Both the position numbers and the translations under genes were made by a program. Shown in pieces: positions 47,267-57,689 of a stretch of 64,000 nucleotides of DNA. Source of the DNA: an uncultured bacterium (GTDB taxonomy: Bacteria > UBP4 > UBA4092); the NCBI GenBank assembly GCA_964644695.1, contig CAZXWN010000001.1, forward strand, positions 1-64,000. Direction: 5' to 3'. Each line of letters opens with the position of its first letter. Within the stretch, counting starts at the first letter, position 1. The notes beneath the pieces were generated by a model. The model was not told where the DNA came from. It was given only the letters and a program-made list of their open reading frames with translations, and made no database searches.

Positions 47267-48540
47267 TGAAAAAGTGGATAAAGAGAATTGTTATTTTGAT
47301 GGTATTGATGGTGTTTTTTACTGGATTATATATTGGGAACAGGACCTTAGGAGCGAAAAAAGCTGCTCGTGAGGTTGTTTTGGGTACCGTAACAAAAGGA
47401 ACTCTGGATAAAATGATTTCTGCAAATGGGATTATTGAACCTGGAGATAAAATTCAAATTTTGACTGAAGTGGAAGGAAATGTAACCGAGAAGAAGGTTC
47501 GAGAAGGTGATATTGTAAAAAAAGGAGACATTCTTCTGACTCTGGACAGATCCCGATTAGAAAAAGATTTGTTGAATGCTAATGTGAAATTGAGTCGGGT
47601 CCGGAATAATCTTCAAACCCTTCTAGAAGTTACTATACCGTACGAGCGATTACAGACAAAAACTTCACTTGAGAAGAATAAGATTCAGTTTGATTATGCA
47701 GAGAAAAATTTAGCAAGTATGCGAAGAATGTTATCGGATGATATTATTTCGCGCCGTCAATTAGAGGAAGCTGAGCGAAGTTATCAATCTGCGAAATTGG
47801 ACCAAAAAGTTTCTGAGGAACAGGCTATCAATCAAGAGAAAAAGTTTGCCAAAGATGTCACTGAAGCAAAATGGGAAATTGAATTGGCTGAAAAAGATTT
47901 GGCAGAAGCAAAAGATCGATTAGATAAAGCAACTATTTCGGCTTCTATATCTGGAACCATTGTTCAAGATATAGTTCAAGATAGAAAAATGGTGGGGGCA
48001 AAAGAAGAAATCTTTTCTATTGGAGATATTACAAGATTTGTTGCTCGTGTAAACGTGGATGAAATTGATATTGGAAAAGTAAGACCTGGTCAGACAGTTC
48101 AGGTATCTTCAGATGCTTTTGAGAAAGGGAAAAAACTTCCAGGTATTGTTAAGGAGATAGCTTCACAAGCTATTAGAAAAACTTTTTCAGAAATATCAGT
48201 GACAGTTGAAATAACGGATACACTCAAACAACCTGTTCGCCCAAACATGACAGTTCAGACCAATATCCTAATTGATCAATTGCCAAACCGACTTTTAATT
48301 CCCGTAGAGGCTGTAGTGAATGAAGAAGATAAAAATTATGTGTTTTATCTCAAGGGGGACAGGGTAACTCGACGAGAAGTGGGTGTGGAAGCCAGCAATA
48401 CCCAATATTCGGCAATAACTTCGGGCCTTAAATTAGGAGAGAAAATTGTTGTTAAAGGTGCCAATTGGCTCAATGAGGGTGATATGGTTCGAATTAAAAC
48501 AAACCTTGCCGGAAAGAAGAAAAATCCAGGTAAATCTTGA
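47266..48540 (+). CDS. Membrane-fusion (periplasmic adaptor) protein, MacA/YknX-like
   Basis: N-terminal TM, V.EGD.VKKGD.L..LD, long coiled coil, VDEIDIGKV..GQ and GL..GE.IV motifs. Confidence 0.92.
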   Translation: MKKWIKRIVILMVLMVFFTGLYIGNRTLGAKKAAREVVLGTVTKGTLDKMISANGIIEPGDKIQILTEVEGNVTEKKVREGDIVKKGDILLTLDRSRLEKDLLNANVKLSRVRNNLQTLLEVTIPYERLQTKTSLEKNKIQFDYAEKNLASMRRMLSDDIISRRQLEEAERSYQSAKLDQKVSEEQAINQEKKFAKDVTEAKWEIELAEKDLAEAKDRLDKATISASISGTIVQDIVQDRKMVGAKEEIFSIGDITRFVARVNVDEIDIGKVRPGQTVQVSSDAFEKGKKLPGIVKEIASQAIRKTFSEISVTVEITDTLKQPVRPNMTVQTNILIDQLPNRLLIPVEAVVNEEDKNYVFYLKGDRVTRREVGVEASNTQYSAITSGLKLGEKIVVKGANWLNEGDMVRIKTNLAGKKKNPGKS

Positions 48541-49229
48541 TGGTTAGATTAACGGAAGTTTTAAAGAAATATCCTATTGGTAAAATTGAGGTAACGGCTT
48601 TGAATCAGATAAACCTTGAAGTTAAACGAAATGAATTTGTATCAATCATGGGGGCTTCGGGTTCAGGAAAGTCGACTCTAATGAATATTATAGGCTGTTT
48701 GGATTCTATCAGTGCAGGGTCATATGAGTTGGATGGCATCGAAGTTGGACAGCTGGATGAAAATCAATTGGCAGATATTCGGAATCACAAAATTGGATTT
48801 GTATTCCAGAACTTTAATTTATTGTCAAAATATAATGCTTTACAAAATGTGGAATTACCAATGGTTTATGCTTCTTTGTCAGCTAGCAAAAGAAGAAAAA
48901 TGGCAATGGAGGCTTTAGAAAGGGTCGGATTAGGAGGCAGAACTGAGCACCGTCCCAGCGAGATGTCTGGTGGGGAGCGACAGCGGGTTGCTATCGCACG
49001 TGCCTTAGTAAATAGCCCTTCAATTATTTTGGCAGATGAGCCAACAGGAAATTTAGATTCGCATCGAGGTCAGGAAATTATGGAAATATTTACGCGACTT
49101 CATTCGGAGGGTGCCACTATTATATTGGTGACTCATGAGCCGGATATTGCTCAGTATTCTCATCGAATTGTATCTTTACGAGATGGGGAAATTATAAAAG
49201 ATGAACCAGTCATAGCCGTGAAAGGTTAA
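48540..49229 (+). CDS. ABC transporter ATP-binding protein (MacB/LolD-like)
   Basis: [34 protein letters not shown] and VTHE motifs. Confidence 0.96.
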   Translation: MVRLTEVLKKYPIGKIEVTALNQINLEVKRNEFVSIMGASGSGKSTLMNIIGCLDSISAGSYELDGIEVGQLDENQLADIRNHKIGFVFQNFNLLSKYNALQNVELPMVYASLSASKRRKMAMEALERVGLGGRTEHRPSEMSGGERQRVAIARALVNSPSIILADEPTGNLDSHRGQEIMEIFTRLHSEGATIILVTHEPDIAQYSHRIVSLRDGEIIKDEPVIAVKG

Positions 49230-49231
49230 GT

Positions 49232-50446
49232 ATGGATATTCGTGAAAATATTGTGATGGCTGCTTTAGATATACGGCTTAATAAGATGCGTAGTTTTCTT
49301 TCCATGCTGGGGATAATCATTGGTATAGCGTCAGTGATTATAATTGTTTCCATTGGCAACGGTTTGAAATTAAAAATAATTAGTCAATTTGCGGGTTTGG
49401 GTGCTGACCGTATTTTTATTTATCCATCATGGGATTCTGATGCTCAACGATCAGGAGAGATTTCTCTGGATGACATCGAAAATATCAAGAAATTGCGGGG
49501 TGTTGTTGATATTGCACCGGAAGTAAATACCGGTGGGCAAATCCGATATCTCAGCAGAACAAATAAAGTGAATGTAAAAGGTGTAGATCAAGACTATTTT
49601 GATTTGAATGGGCAAAAAATAGGTCTGGGGAGAATTGTCAGTGATATGGACAATCTGTATCGTCAGAAAGTATGTGTTCTGAATTATGAACTGGCTCGTA
49701 AGTTGTTTTCTGAAACGACACAGAGAAATTATGTCCCAGACGAAAAAACAATAGGATCTTCCATTAGTCTGGATGGAAACCAATTCGTCATTGTAGGAAT
49801 ATTGGCAAAGACAGGTGAACAAGGGATGCGTTGGATTGATCCTAATACAATGTTTATCCCCGCAACAGCGGCGCTGCGTTTGAAACAGAGTAGGGAGGTG
49901 GACTCCATAACGGTCCAAGTCAACGATCCCCAAAACTCCAAGAAAATAGGAAATCGGATTATTCAATATTTGAAAAAGCAATATGGACAGACAAGCAATT
50001 ACTACATGCAAAATCCGGAGGAGATACAAAAGGAAATTTCTAAAGCTATGACGGCATTCACTTTGGTCATTGGTTCGATTGGTGGATTGTCCTTATTTGT
50101 TGGGGGAATAGGGATAATGAATATTATGTTGGCTTCGGTTGCTGAAAGAACCCGTGAAGTGGGAATTCGAAAAGCATTGGGAGCTAAACGGAGAGATGTT
50201 TTGATTCAGTTTCTGATTGAGGCGGGAACAATTAGTGGCCTGGGAGGTGTTGGAGGAATTATCCTTGGGACTGGATTAGCTAAAATAGTCTCAATCATTT
50301 CCAGTAATGAAATTCCTTCTGCGATTGTGCCAAGTTCAGTTTTTATTGCCTTTATTTTTTCTATCGCTGTGGGGATGTTTTTTGGGATATATCCTGCGTC
50401 AAAAGCGGCTAATATGAATCCAATTGAAGCTCTTAGATATGAGTAA
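49232..50446 (+). CDS. MacB/FtsX-family ABC permease
   Basis: NKMRSFL.MLGIIIG, GGIGIMNIML.SV.ERTRE.GIRKALGA and P.EALRYE motifs. Confidence 0.95.
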   Translation: MDIRENIVMAALDIRLNKMRSFLSMLGIIIGIASVIIIVSIGNGLKLKIISQFAGLGADRIFIYPSWDSDAQRSGEISLDDIENIKKLRGVVDIAPEVNTGGQIRYLSRTNKVNVKGVDQDYFDLNGQKIGLGRIVSDMDNLYRQKVCVLNYELARKLFSETTQRNYVPDEKTIGSSISLDGNQFVIVGILAKTGEQGMRWIDPNTMFIPATAALRLKQSREVDSITVQVNDPQNSKKIGNRIIQYLKKQYGQTSNYYMQNPEEIQKEISKAMTAFTLVIGSIGGLSLFVGGIGIMNIMLASVAERTREVGIRKALGAKRRDVLIQFLIEAGTISGLGGVGGIILGTGLAKIVSIISSNEIPSAIVPSSVFIAFIFSIAVGMFFGIYPASKAANMNPIEALRYE

Positions 50447-50484
50447 TCAATTGGATATCAAGTATATTATTCTAAAAAAGTCGA

Positions 50485-51354
50485 ATGCATTATAAAGAAT
50501 ATAAGGCCATACTTTCACCTCATAATGGAATGAACATCTTCCGTGGGTGTACCCATGGCTGTATTTATTGTGACAGTCGAAGTAATTGTTACAACATGGA
50601 CCATGATTTCGAAGACATCGAAGTAAAAAGTAATGCGCCGGAACTTTTGGAATCAACGCTCAGGAAAAAGCGTAAGAAGTGCATGATAGCCACCGGTTCA
50701 ATGACTGATTCATATATTCCCTTGGAAATTAAGATTAGATATGTACGAAAATGTATTGAAATTATTGATAAGTATGGTTTTGGGCTTTCTATACAAACTA
50801 AATCAGATAGAATTTTGCGGGATTTAGATTTATTGAAAAGTATAAACAGCAAATCCAAATGTGTAGTACAAATAACACTTACTACTTATGATGAGCGATT
50901 ATGTAAAATTATTGAACCTGCAGTCTCTACAACCAGGGAACGCTTTAGGGTGCTGGAGATTATGCGAGACAATGGAATTCCCACAGTAGTATGGTTTGAT
51001 CCGATATTGCCGTATATTAACGATAATGAAGAAAATCTAAGGGGTATTTTGGATTACTGTATAAGGGCTAGAGTATATGGAATCCTCTGTTTTGGGATGG
51101 GGCTGACTTTAAGAGAAGGTGATCGTGAGTATTTCTACCAAAAGCTGGATGAACACTTCCCGGGACTTAAACAGAAATATCATAAAAAATACGGGTATAG
51201 CTATGAGATTTTGAGTGACAATAACGAATCACTGATGAAAATATTTTACAGTGAATGTAAAAAACATAATATTGTCTGTAATAATGACGAAATATTCAAA
51301 TATATGAGTACCTATGAGTGCAATCAGCAGGAAGCTCAGTTAAATCTCTTTTGA
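50485..51354 (+). CDS. Radical SAM protein (SplB-related family)
   Basis: MN..RGCTHGCIYC, GSMTD.Y, TKS..ILRD.D.L, IEP and P.LP.IND motifs. Confidence 0.88.
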   Translation: MHYKEYKAILSPHNGMNIFRGCTHGCIYCDSRSNCYNMDHDFEDIEVKSNAPELLESTLRKKRKKCMIATGSMTDSYIPLEIKIRYVRKCIEIIDKYGFGLSIQTKSDRILRDLDLLKSINSKSKCVVQITLTTYDERLCKIIEPAVSTTRERFRVLEIMRDNGIPTVVWFDPILPYINDNEENLRGILDYCIRARVYGILCFGMGLTLREGDREYFYQKLDEHFPGLKQKYHKKYGYSYEILSDNNESLMKIFYSECKKHNIVCNNDEIFKYMSTYECNQQEAQLNLF

Positions 51355-51437
51355 TACGATCTTTACTATATTTGGTATGATTTTAAGAATGGCTCTTTAG
51401 ATTATATTGACATACTAAATAATATTTGGAGATATAG

Positions 51438-52742
<1,305 letters not shown>

Positions 52743-52750
52743 ATAGACTT

Positions 52751-53932
52751 ATGGATAGTCCAAGCCCAATTAATCCAAATAAGCCGTATGCAACCAGTCC
52801 CATAGGATTTGTTCAGACTCGATATGTGACCTTTGAAGAGGGATTAACTCTTGAGTGTGGGGAAGTTCTTGCGCCATTAACACTGGCTTATGAAACTTAC
52901 GGTACTCTGAATGAAGACAAGACCAATGCCATTGTGATTGAACATGCACTGACCGGCGATGCTCATGTGGCGGGGATTTATACAAATCAGGACAAGAAAC
53001 CCGGTTGGTGGGAAGATATGGTTGGGCCGGACAAGGCTTTTGATACCAATAAGTACTTTATTATTTGTTCTAATATTCTGGGAGGATGTAAGGGATCGAC
53101 AGGGCCCTCCAGTATTAATCCGAAAACAAATAAACCGTATGGGTTATCTTTTCCTGCAATTACCATCAGTGATATGGTGAACGCCCAGATTAAATTATTG
53201 GATTATCTGGGAATTTCTAAAGTGTTATCCGTAGCCGGTGGTTCAATGGGGGGGATGCAGGCTCTGGACTGGTTCATACTCCACCCGGAGAGAATTCACA
53301 GTGCCATTCCGATAGCTACCACAGTGATACATTCGCCGCAACAAATAGCCTTTAATGAAGTGGGGCGCCAGGCTATTATGTCTGACCCTGAATGGAATGA
53401 AGGTAATTATTACGAAACAGGCCAGCCGGCAAAAGGTTTGGCGGTGGCGCGTATGCTGGGGCATATCACTTATATGAGTGATGCATCCATGAAAGAAAAG
53501 TTTGGCCGGGAAACTCGAAAGGCAGATAAACCGTTTAAATTCACTGCTGAGTTCGAAGTGGAAAGTTATCTTCATTATAACGGTGGGACCTTTGTAAACC
53601 GATTTGATGCCAACACCTATTTATACATCACTAAAGCCATGGATATGTATGATCCTACGGGTGGAAAAAAACTGGCGGAAGTACTCAAAGGGAATCCGGC
53701 GAAGTTGCTGGTTATCTCTTTTGAGTCAGACTGGTTATACCCGACCTACCAATCCCTGGATATCATTCGGGCCTGTAAGGCAGCGGGGGTTGATGTCAGT
53801 TTTATGGAAATTGAATCAACTTATGGTCATGATGCATTTTTGATTGAATTTGATGACCAGGCCCGGCTAATCAAAAACTTTCTGAAACGGGTGACAGAGA
53901 TGACTCGCAAGGGGGATGGATATGAAATCTAA
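52751..53932 (+). CDS. metX: Homoserine O-acetyltransferase
   Basis: AYETYG.LN, HALTGD.H, GWW, GGSMGGMQAL, RFDAN.Y and GHDAFL motifs. Confidence 0.96.
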   Translation: MDSPSPINPNKPYATSPIGFVQTRYVTFEEGLTLECGEVLAPLTLAYETYGTLNEDKTNAIVIEHALTGDAHVAGIYTNQDKKPGWWEDMVGPDKAFDTNKYFIICSNILGGCKGSTGPSSINPKTNKPYGLSFPAITISDMVNAQIKLLDYLGISKVLSVAGGSMGGMQALDWFILHPERIHSAIPIATTVIHSPQQIAFNEVGRQAIMSDPEWNEGNYYETGQPAKGLAVARMLGHITYMSDASMKEKFGRETRKADKPFKFTAEFEVESYLHYNGGTFVNRFDANTYLYITKAMDMYDPTGGKKLAEVLKGNPAKLLVISFESDWLYPTYQSLDIIRACKAAGVDVSFMEIESTYGHDAFLIEFDDQARLIKNFLKRVTEMTRKGDGYEI

Positions 53933-54518
53933 CAAACTGGAACGCGTAGACTATCAGTTTATTCTGGATGTCATTACGCCGAATGCGAATGTACTGGATT
54001 TGGGATGTGGAGATGGTTTGTTATTGGAGTTACTGGCTCACCGAAAAGAAGTGAAGGGTTTAGGGTTGGAAATTGAGGATTCCTGCATTCATTCCTGTAT
54101 GGAAAAGGGATTATCTGTTTTACATATGGATCTGGATACCGGACTGGTGGATTTCCCGGATAAGTCGTTCGATTATGTGATCCTGAACCAGACCCTCCAA
54201 CAGTTAAAAGAACCGCACAAGGTTTTGGAAGAGGGAATGCGAGTAGGGCATCATATCATTGTGGGGTTCCCCAATTTCTGTCATATTAGTGCCCGGTGTT
54301 CCATTTTCTTTACTGGCAGGGTTCCGATAACTCGTTCTCTTCCCTATAACTGGTATGATACGCCCAACTTACACTTCTTATCTATATTAGACTTTGAAAT
54401 CTACTGTCAACGGAAGGGATTCCGGATAGAAAATTCCTTTTTCTATTCAGAAAACTCACCCGTTGGAGTATTTCCTAACTTGCTGGCACGGGATGCAATA
54501 TTTGTTTTATCCAGATAA
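53916..54518 (+). CDS. metW: Methionine biosynthesis protein MetW
   Basis: VLDLGCGDG, FDYVIL.QTLQ, VGFPNF and LPY.WYDTPN.H motifs; follows metX. Confidence 0.94.
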   Translation: MDMKSNKLERVDYQFILDVITPNANVLDLGCGDGLLLELLAHRKEVKGLGLEIEDSCIHSCMEKGLSVLHMDLDTGLVDFPDKSFDYVILNQTLQQLKEPHKVLEEGMRVGHHIIVGFPNFCHISARCSIFFTGRVPITRSLPYNWYDTPNLHFLSILDFEIYCQRKGFRIENSFFYSENSPVGVFPNLLARDAIFVLSR

Positions 54519-54617
54519 ATAGCGTGTATTGGGGTGGGGAGGCATTGATGGTCCTATGGCCATACTAAATGTCATTGCTTTGTTTATTATCCGATCTCTT
54601 TTTATGATTGAAAAAAG

Positions 54618-55499
54618 ATGATAAAAATACTTAAACTCACATCATGGGTATTATTATCTGTATTGTTTATGGGGATATCAGGCAATTTCCTTGAAATCTA
54701 CTGTGACCGCCTTGTGACAGCTATTATGTGGCCCGATCCCCATGGCTTCATGGATAATTCATTTTTTAAACTTATCATCACAAACTATATATATATTGTT
54801 GAAATATCACTCATCTCAATCCCCCTGGCTATCTTGAATAATTGGGTCGTGAACAATAAAGAGGTTGGGTTAAAAACAGGATTTGTTATGAGTTATTCAA
54901 TTTACTGGGTATTTGATTATTTCCTCTTGTATTATTACAAACACCTCTTTCAGTATATTAATTCTCGACCCGGAGCACATAGTGATACGGCTGTTTATTA
55001 CGATACATGGTGGTATCTCGTCCACGCTGTGTTGTTGTGTTTTCCGCTGATATACTCACTGATGGTACTGAATTATAAATTTATAAATAAGTACGATATT
55101 GGGAAACTTGTTTCAGTCTTACTGCTTCTTCTTTTACTCCATGAATTACCCTATTTCTTGATTTGGTATGGTATTGTTTTGGTGGTTTATTTTTTCTTCA
55201 GAAATAAAAATGAAGTATTTGACCGATTGGAAGGTTCAACACTCATTCTTATCTTTATCTCTATTCTTTTAATTAGTATATCCAGGTGGTTTATTGTCTT
55301 ACCCTGGCTTATTATTCTTGTAAACACGAAATGTCGTCTTAAATCTAAACTCGTATTTATCGCTATAACTTATTTAATACTTCCGGTAATAGTAGAGTAT
55401 TTACGATTAGACCTTCTTGATAGGCATTTGTATCAGGTAAAGAATATTGAACTGCGGGAAATATCTCTGGATTCAGGAGTTGAGAAGTATTACCATTGA
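54618..55499 (+). CDS. Orphan polytopic membrane protein (paralogue 1)
   Basis: Very hydrophobic and AT-rich; shares F...Y..YW.F, NKYD..KL and E...R..G with the downstream ORFs. Confidence 0.6.
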   Translation: MIKILKLTSWVLLSVLFMGISGNFLEIYCDRLVTAIMWPDPHGFMDNSFFKLIITNYIYIVEISLISIPLAILNNWVVNNKEVGLKTGFVMSYSIYWVFDYFLLYYYKHLFQYINSRPGAHSDTAVYYDTWWYLVHAVLLCFPLIYSLMVLNYKFINKYDIGKLVSVLLLLLLLHELPYFLIWYGIVLVVYFFFRNKNEVFDRLEGSTLILIFISILLISISRWFIVLPWLIILVNTKCRLKSKLVFIAITYLILPVIVEYLRLDLLDRHLYQVKNIELREISLDSGVEKYYH

Positions 55500-55534
55500 G
55501 CGAGATAACAGCTGATGTACAAGCGATTCGATAT

Positions 55535-56392
55535 ATGATGAAAAATTTGGGAAAACAGATAGCTATAAATACAATCCTGATTGTTTCTTTGGTCTATGTT
55601 GTATTCGCAGGGGTACAGGTAAATTATCGATTTATCCATTATATTGGGTCTTTATTTCGTAATGTTCCCCATTCAGAATATGAAAGTATTTTTCTTTTTT
55701 TAAGTGGATATTTTACAGAAATCATTACTGCTTTTATCGCAACTGTTCTTCATACATATCTAAGAAAAGAAACTATCATCAGTAAAACAGTAGATTTTAT
55801 ATGTATTATGGTGACTTATTGGATATTTTGGCTTATATATAGAGATAAACTTCGAGAGGTTTTCGAATTCATAGATATAGGTTTTATTGCCTATTCTGGA
55901 CTGATAATAAACTTCTTTGCCTTCTTGATTATCCCACCTGTCATATATCAAATTATTGTTTTAAGCCATAAGTCGTGTAATAAATATGATTTGGTTAAAC
56001 TATTTATCGCCATCACTGGGTTATTTATGAATAAGTTGGTGTTGCCCAACATGTCTTTTATTATTTATGGTTTGATTTTTGTGCTCTATTTTACCCTTCG
56101 GCATCCAATGGAATTGTTAAAGCGTTTTGATGGGCTTAGGTTGGTATTATTAGTCTTTTTAATTTCAGGATTGGCACCTCTGCCCTTTTCTATTATGGCT
56201 ATATATATATCAATAATCTGGGTTGTGGCATTTTGTGGAAATATGGCCTATCTAAAAATACCCATAATAAAGCAGATTGTTTCCTATATGATCATTCCCG
56301 CAATCCTGTATATCATTATCTGGTTAATAGAGCCTTATGTATTGAAGTGGTTTGGATTGCCGGCTTATTTTTCATCGGCATGGATATTTTAA
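55535..56392 (+). CDS. Orphan polytopic membrane protein (paralogue 2)
   Basis: TYWIF, YSGL..NF.A, PPV.YQ, NKYDL.KL, RHP.ELL.RF.G and IPAILYIIIWLIEPY shared with paralogue 3. Confidence 0.7.
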   Translation: MMKNLGKQIAINTILIVSLVYVVFAGVQVNYRFIHYIGSLFRNVPHSEYESIFLFLSGYFTEIITAFIATVLHTYLRKETIISKTVDFICIMVTYWIFWLIYRDKLREVFEFIDIGFIAYSGLIINFFAFLIIPPVIYQIIVLSHKSCNKYDLVKLFIAITGLFMNKLVLPNMSFIIYGLIFVLYFTLRHPMELLKRFDGLRLVLLVFLISGLAPLPFSIMAIYISIIWVVAFCGNMAYLKIPIIKQIVSYMIIPAILYIIIWLIEPYVLKWFGLPAYFSSAWIF

Positions 56393-56516
56393 TGGTGTGG
56401 AACAGGAAATAGGAATTATCTCTGGATTCAGAAACTATAATGGACTATCGTTGAGCGAGATGCTTATGCTGATACTTGCACGAAGCTAGATCGTTTGCTG
56501 GAGTGGTATAAAAACC

Positions 56517-57335
56517 ATGAGTCTTATTAAAAACATTAAGATATCAATATCCTGTTTATTACTATTGTTGATTAGTAATGTTTATATATTGGGTGGCCTA
56601 TATAAGAATAGTTACTTTTATGGGGCTTTAGCAGAGCTTTTATTTATTAACCTGACAGTATTTTCCATTTTGGTTGCAACTGTACACACTTTCTTTGATC
56701 GTAAATCCACTGTAGATAAAACTATAAACTTCATGGCTTATTTGACTACATATTGGATATTTGGTTTTATCTATATATTTAAAATTCAGCAAGTAATTGA
56801 ATTAATAAATGTTATATTTGTCTCTTATTCAGGATTGGTCGTCAACTTTCTTGCTTTGTTATATGTGCCTCCTGTTTTGTATCAGGTTTTGGCATTACAA
56901 AAGCAGGCATTGAATAAATATGATTTAACTAAACTTTCCTTAGTAATAATGGGGTTGTTGCTTATATTTCTTATGAAACATATCAATCCACAGGAACTTA
57001 TGTGTTTGCTGTTAGGTCTTTATGTAGTTATAAGACATCCTCGGGAATTATTGAATCGGTTTGTTGGTTTCCGTGTTTTGGCGTCTTTCTCTTTAATATT
57101 ATTTCTATTTGTAGAGCCTTTATCAATTATGATATTAATTCTCGTCATTCTTTGGGGACTGGCCTTATATCGAAATATGGAGTATTTCCAGTTATCAACA
57201 GTAAAACGGATTCTTTCGTATATTTATATTCCAGCCATACTTTATATCATCATCTGGCTGATTGAACCCTATCTTTTCAATTGGTTTGATTTACCAACCT
57301 ATTCATCTCCTGCTTTAAATCCTTGGCCCATGTAA
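56517..57335 (+). CDS. Orphan polytopic membrane protein (paralogue 3)
   Basis: Same shared motifs as paralogue 2. Confidence 0.7.
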   Translation: MSLIKNIKISISCLLLLLISNVYILGGLYKNSYFYGALAELLFINLTVFSILVATVHTFFDRKSTVDKTINFMAYLTTYWIFGFIYIFKIQQVIELINVIFVSYSGLVVNFLALLYVPPVLYQVLALQKQALNKYDLTKLSLVIMGLLLIFLMKHINPQELMCLLLGLYVVIRHPRELLNRFVGFRVLASFSLILFLFVEPLSIMILILVILWGLALYRNMEYFQLSTVKRILSYIYIPAILYIIIWLIEPYLFNWFDLPTYSSPALNPWPM

Positions 57336-57384
57336 TAATTATGCAGACTCGATATTTCCATAGACATGTTTATAGGATTCATTA

Positions 57385-57534
57385 ATGTTCATTATTCTGA
57401 TATGGATAATCGCTTTGATTCGATATATGAAATTTAAACAATTAGGTCTGATGAGATATGGCTTGCCGTATTTCATCTTGCCGACTGTTTTGGTGATTTA
57501 TGAGAAGTTTCCTTACTTAATTCCTTTTTTATGA
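57385..57534 (+). pseudogene. C-terminal fragment of a fourth membrane-protein paralogue
   Basis: MFIILIWIIALIRYMKFKQLGLMRYGLPYFILPTVLVI aligns with paralogue 3 ILVILWGLALYRNMEYFQLSTVKRILSYIYIPAILYI; in-frame stop just upstream. Confidence 0.55.
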
Positions 57535-57600
57535 CATATCCTAATCTTTATATCCCTGGCAGTTTGTACAAATATCGTACTATACCCGTATCATGACCTG

Positions 57601-57647
57601 ACGAAGAAGATACGGAGCAGCTCCGAGCAGGTCCGTGGATGGTTCGT
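57601..57647. repeat. 47-bp spaced palindromic element, copy C
   Basis: ACGAA-gaagat-ACGGA-gca-GCTC-c-GAGC-agg-TCCGT-ggatgg-TTCGT. Confidence 0.85.
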
Positions 57648-57689
57648 TTGGAGTATCAATATAATCTGGGTGGACAGGGAAAATCGTTT

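Noticed and set aside
55525-57430. 14-bp exact match GATTCGATATATGA near 55525 and 57417
   Set aside because: The two sites are in non-equivalent positions of the paralogues, and a chance match is plausible in AT-rich DNA.
54520-57600. Integron cassette array
   Set aside because: No intI gene and no attC-like RYYYAAC...GTTRRRY sites; the genes are paralogues of each other.
57586-57650. Hammerhead ribozyme (CTGACGA at 57598, inside a CCGTATC/GATACGG inverted repeat)
   Set aside because: No stem II followed by GAAA at the required position, and the other copies lack the motif.
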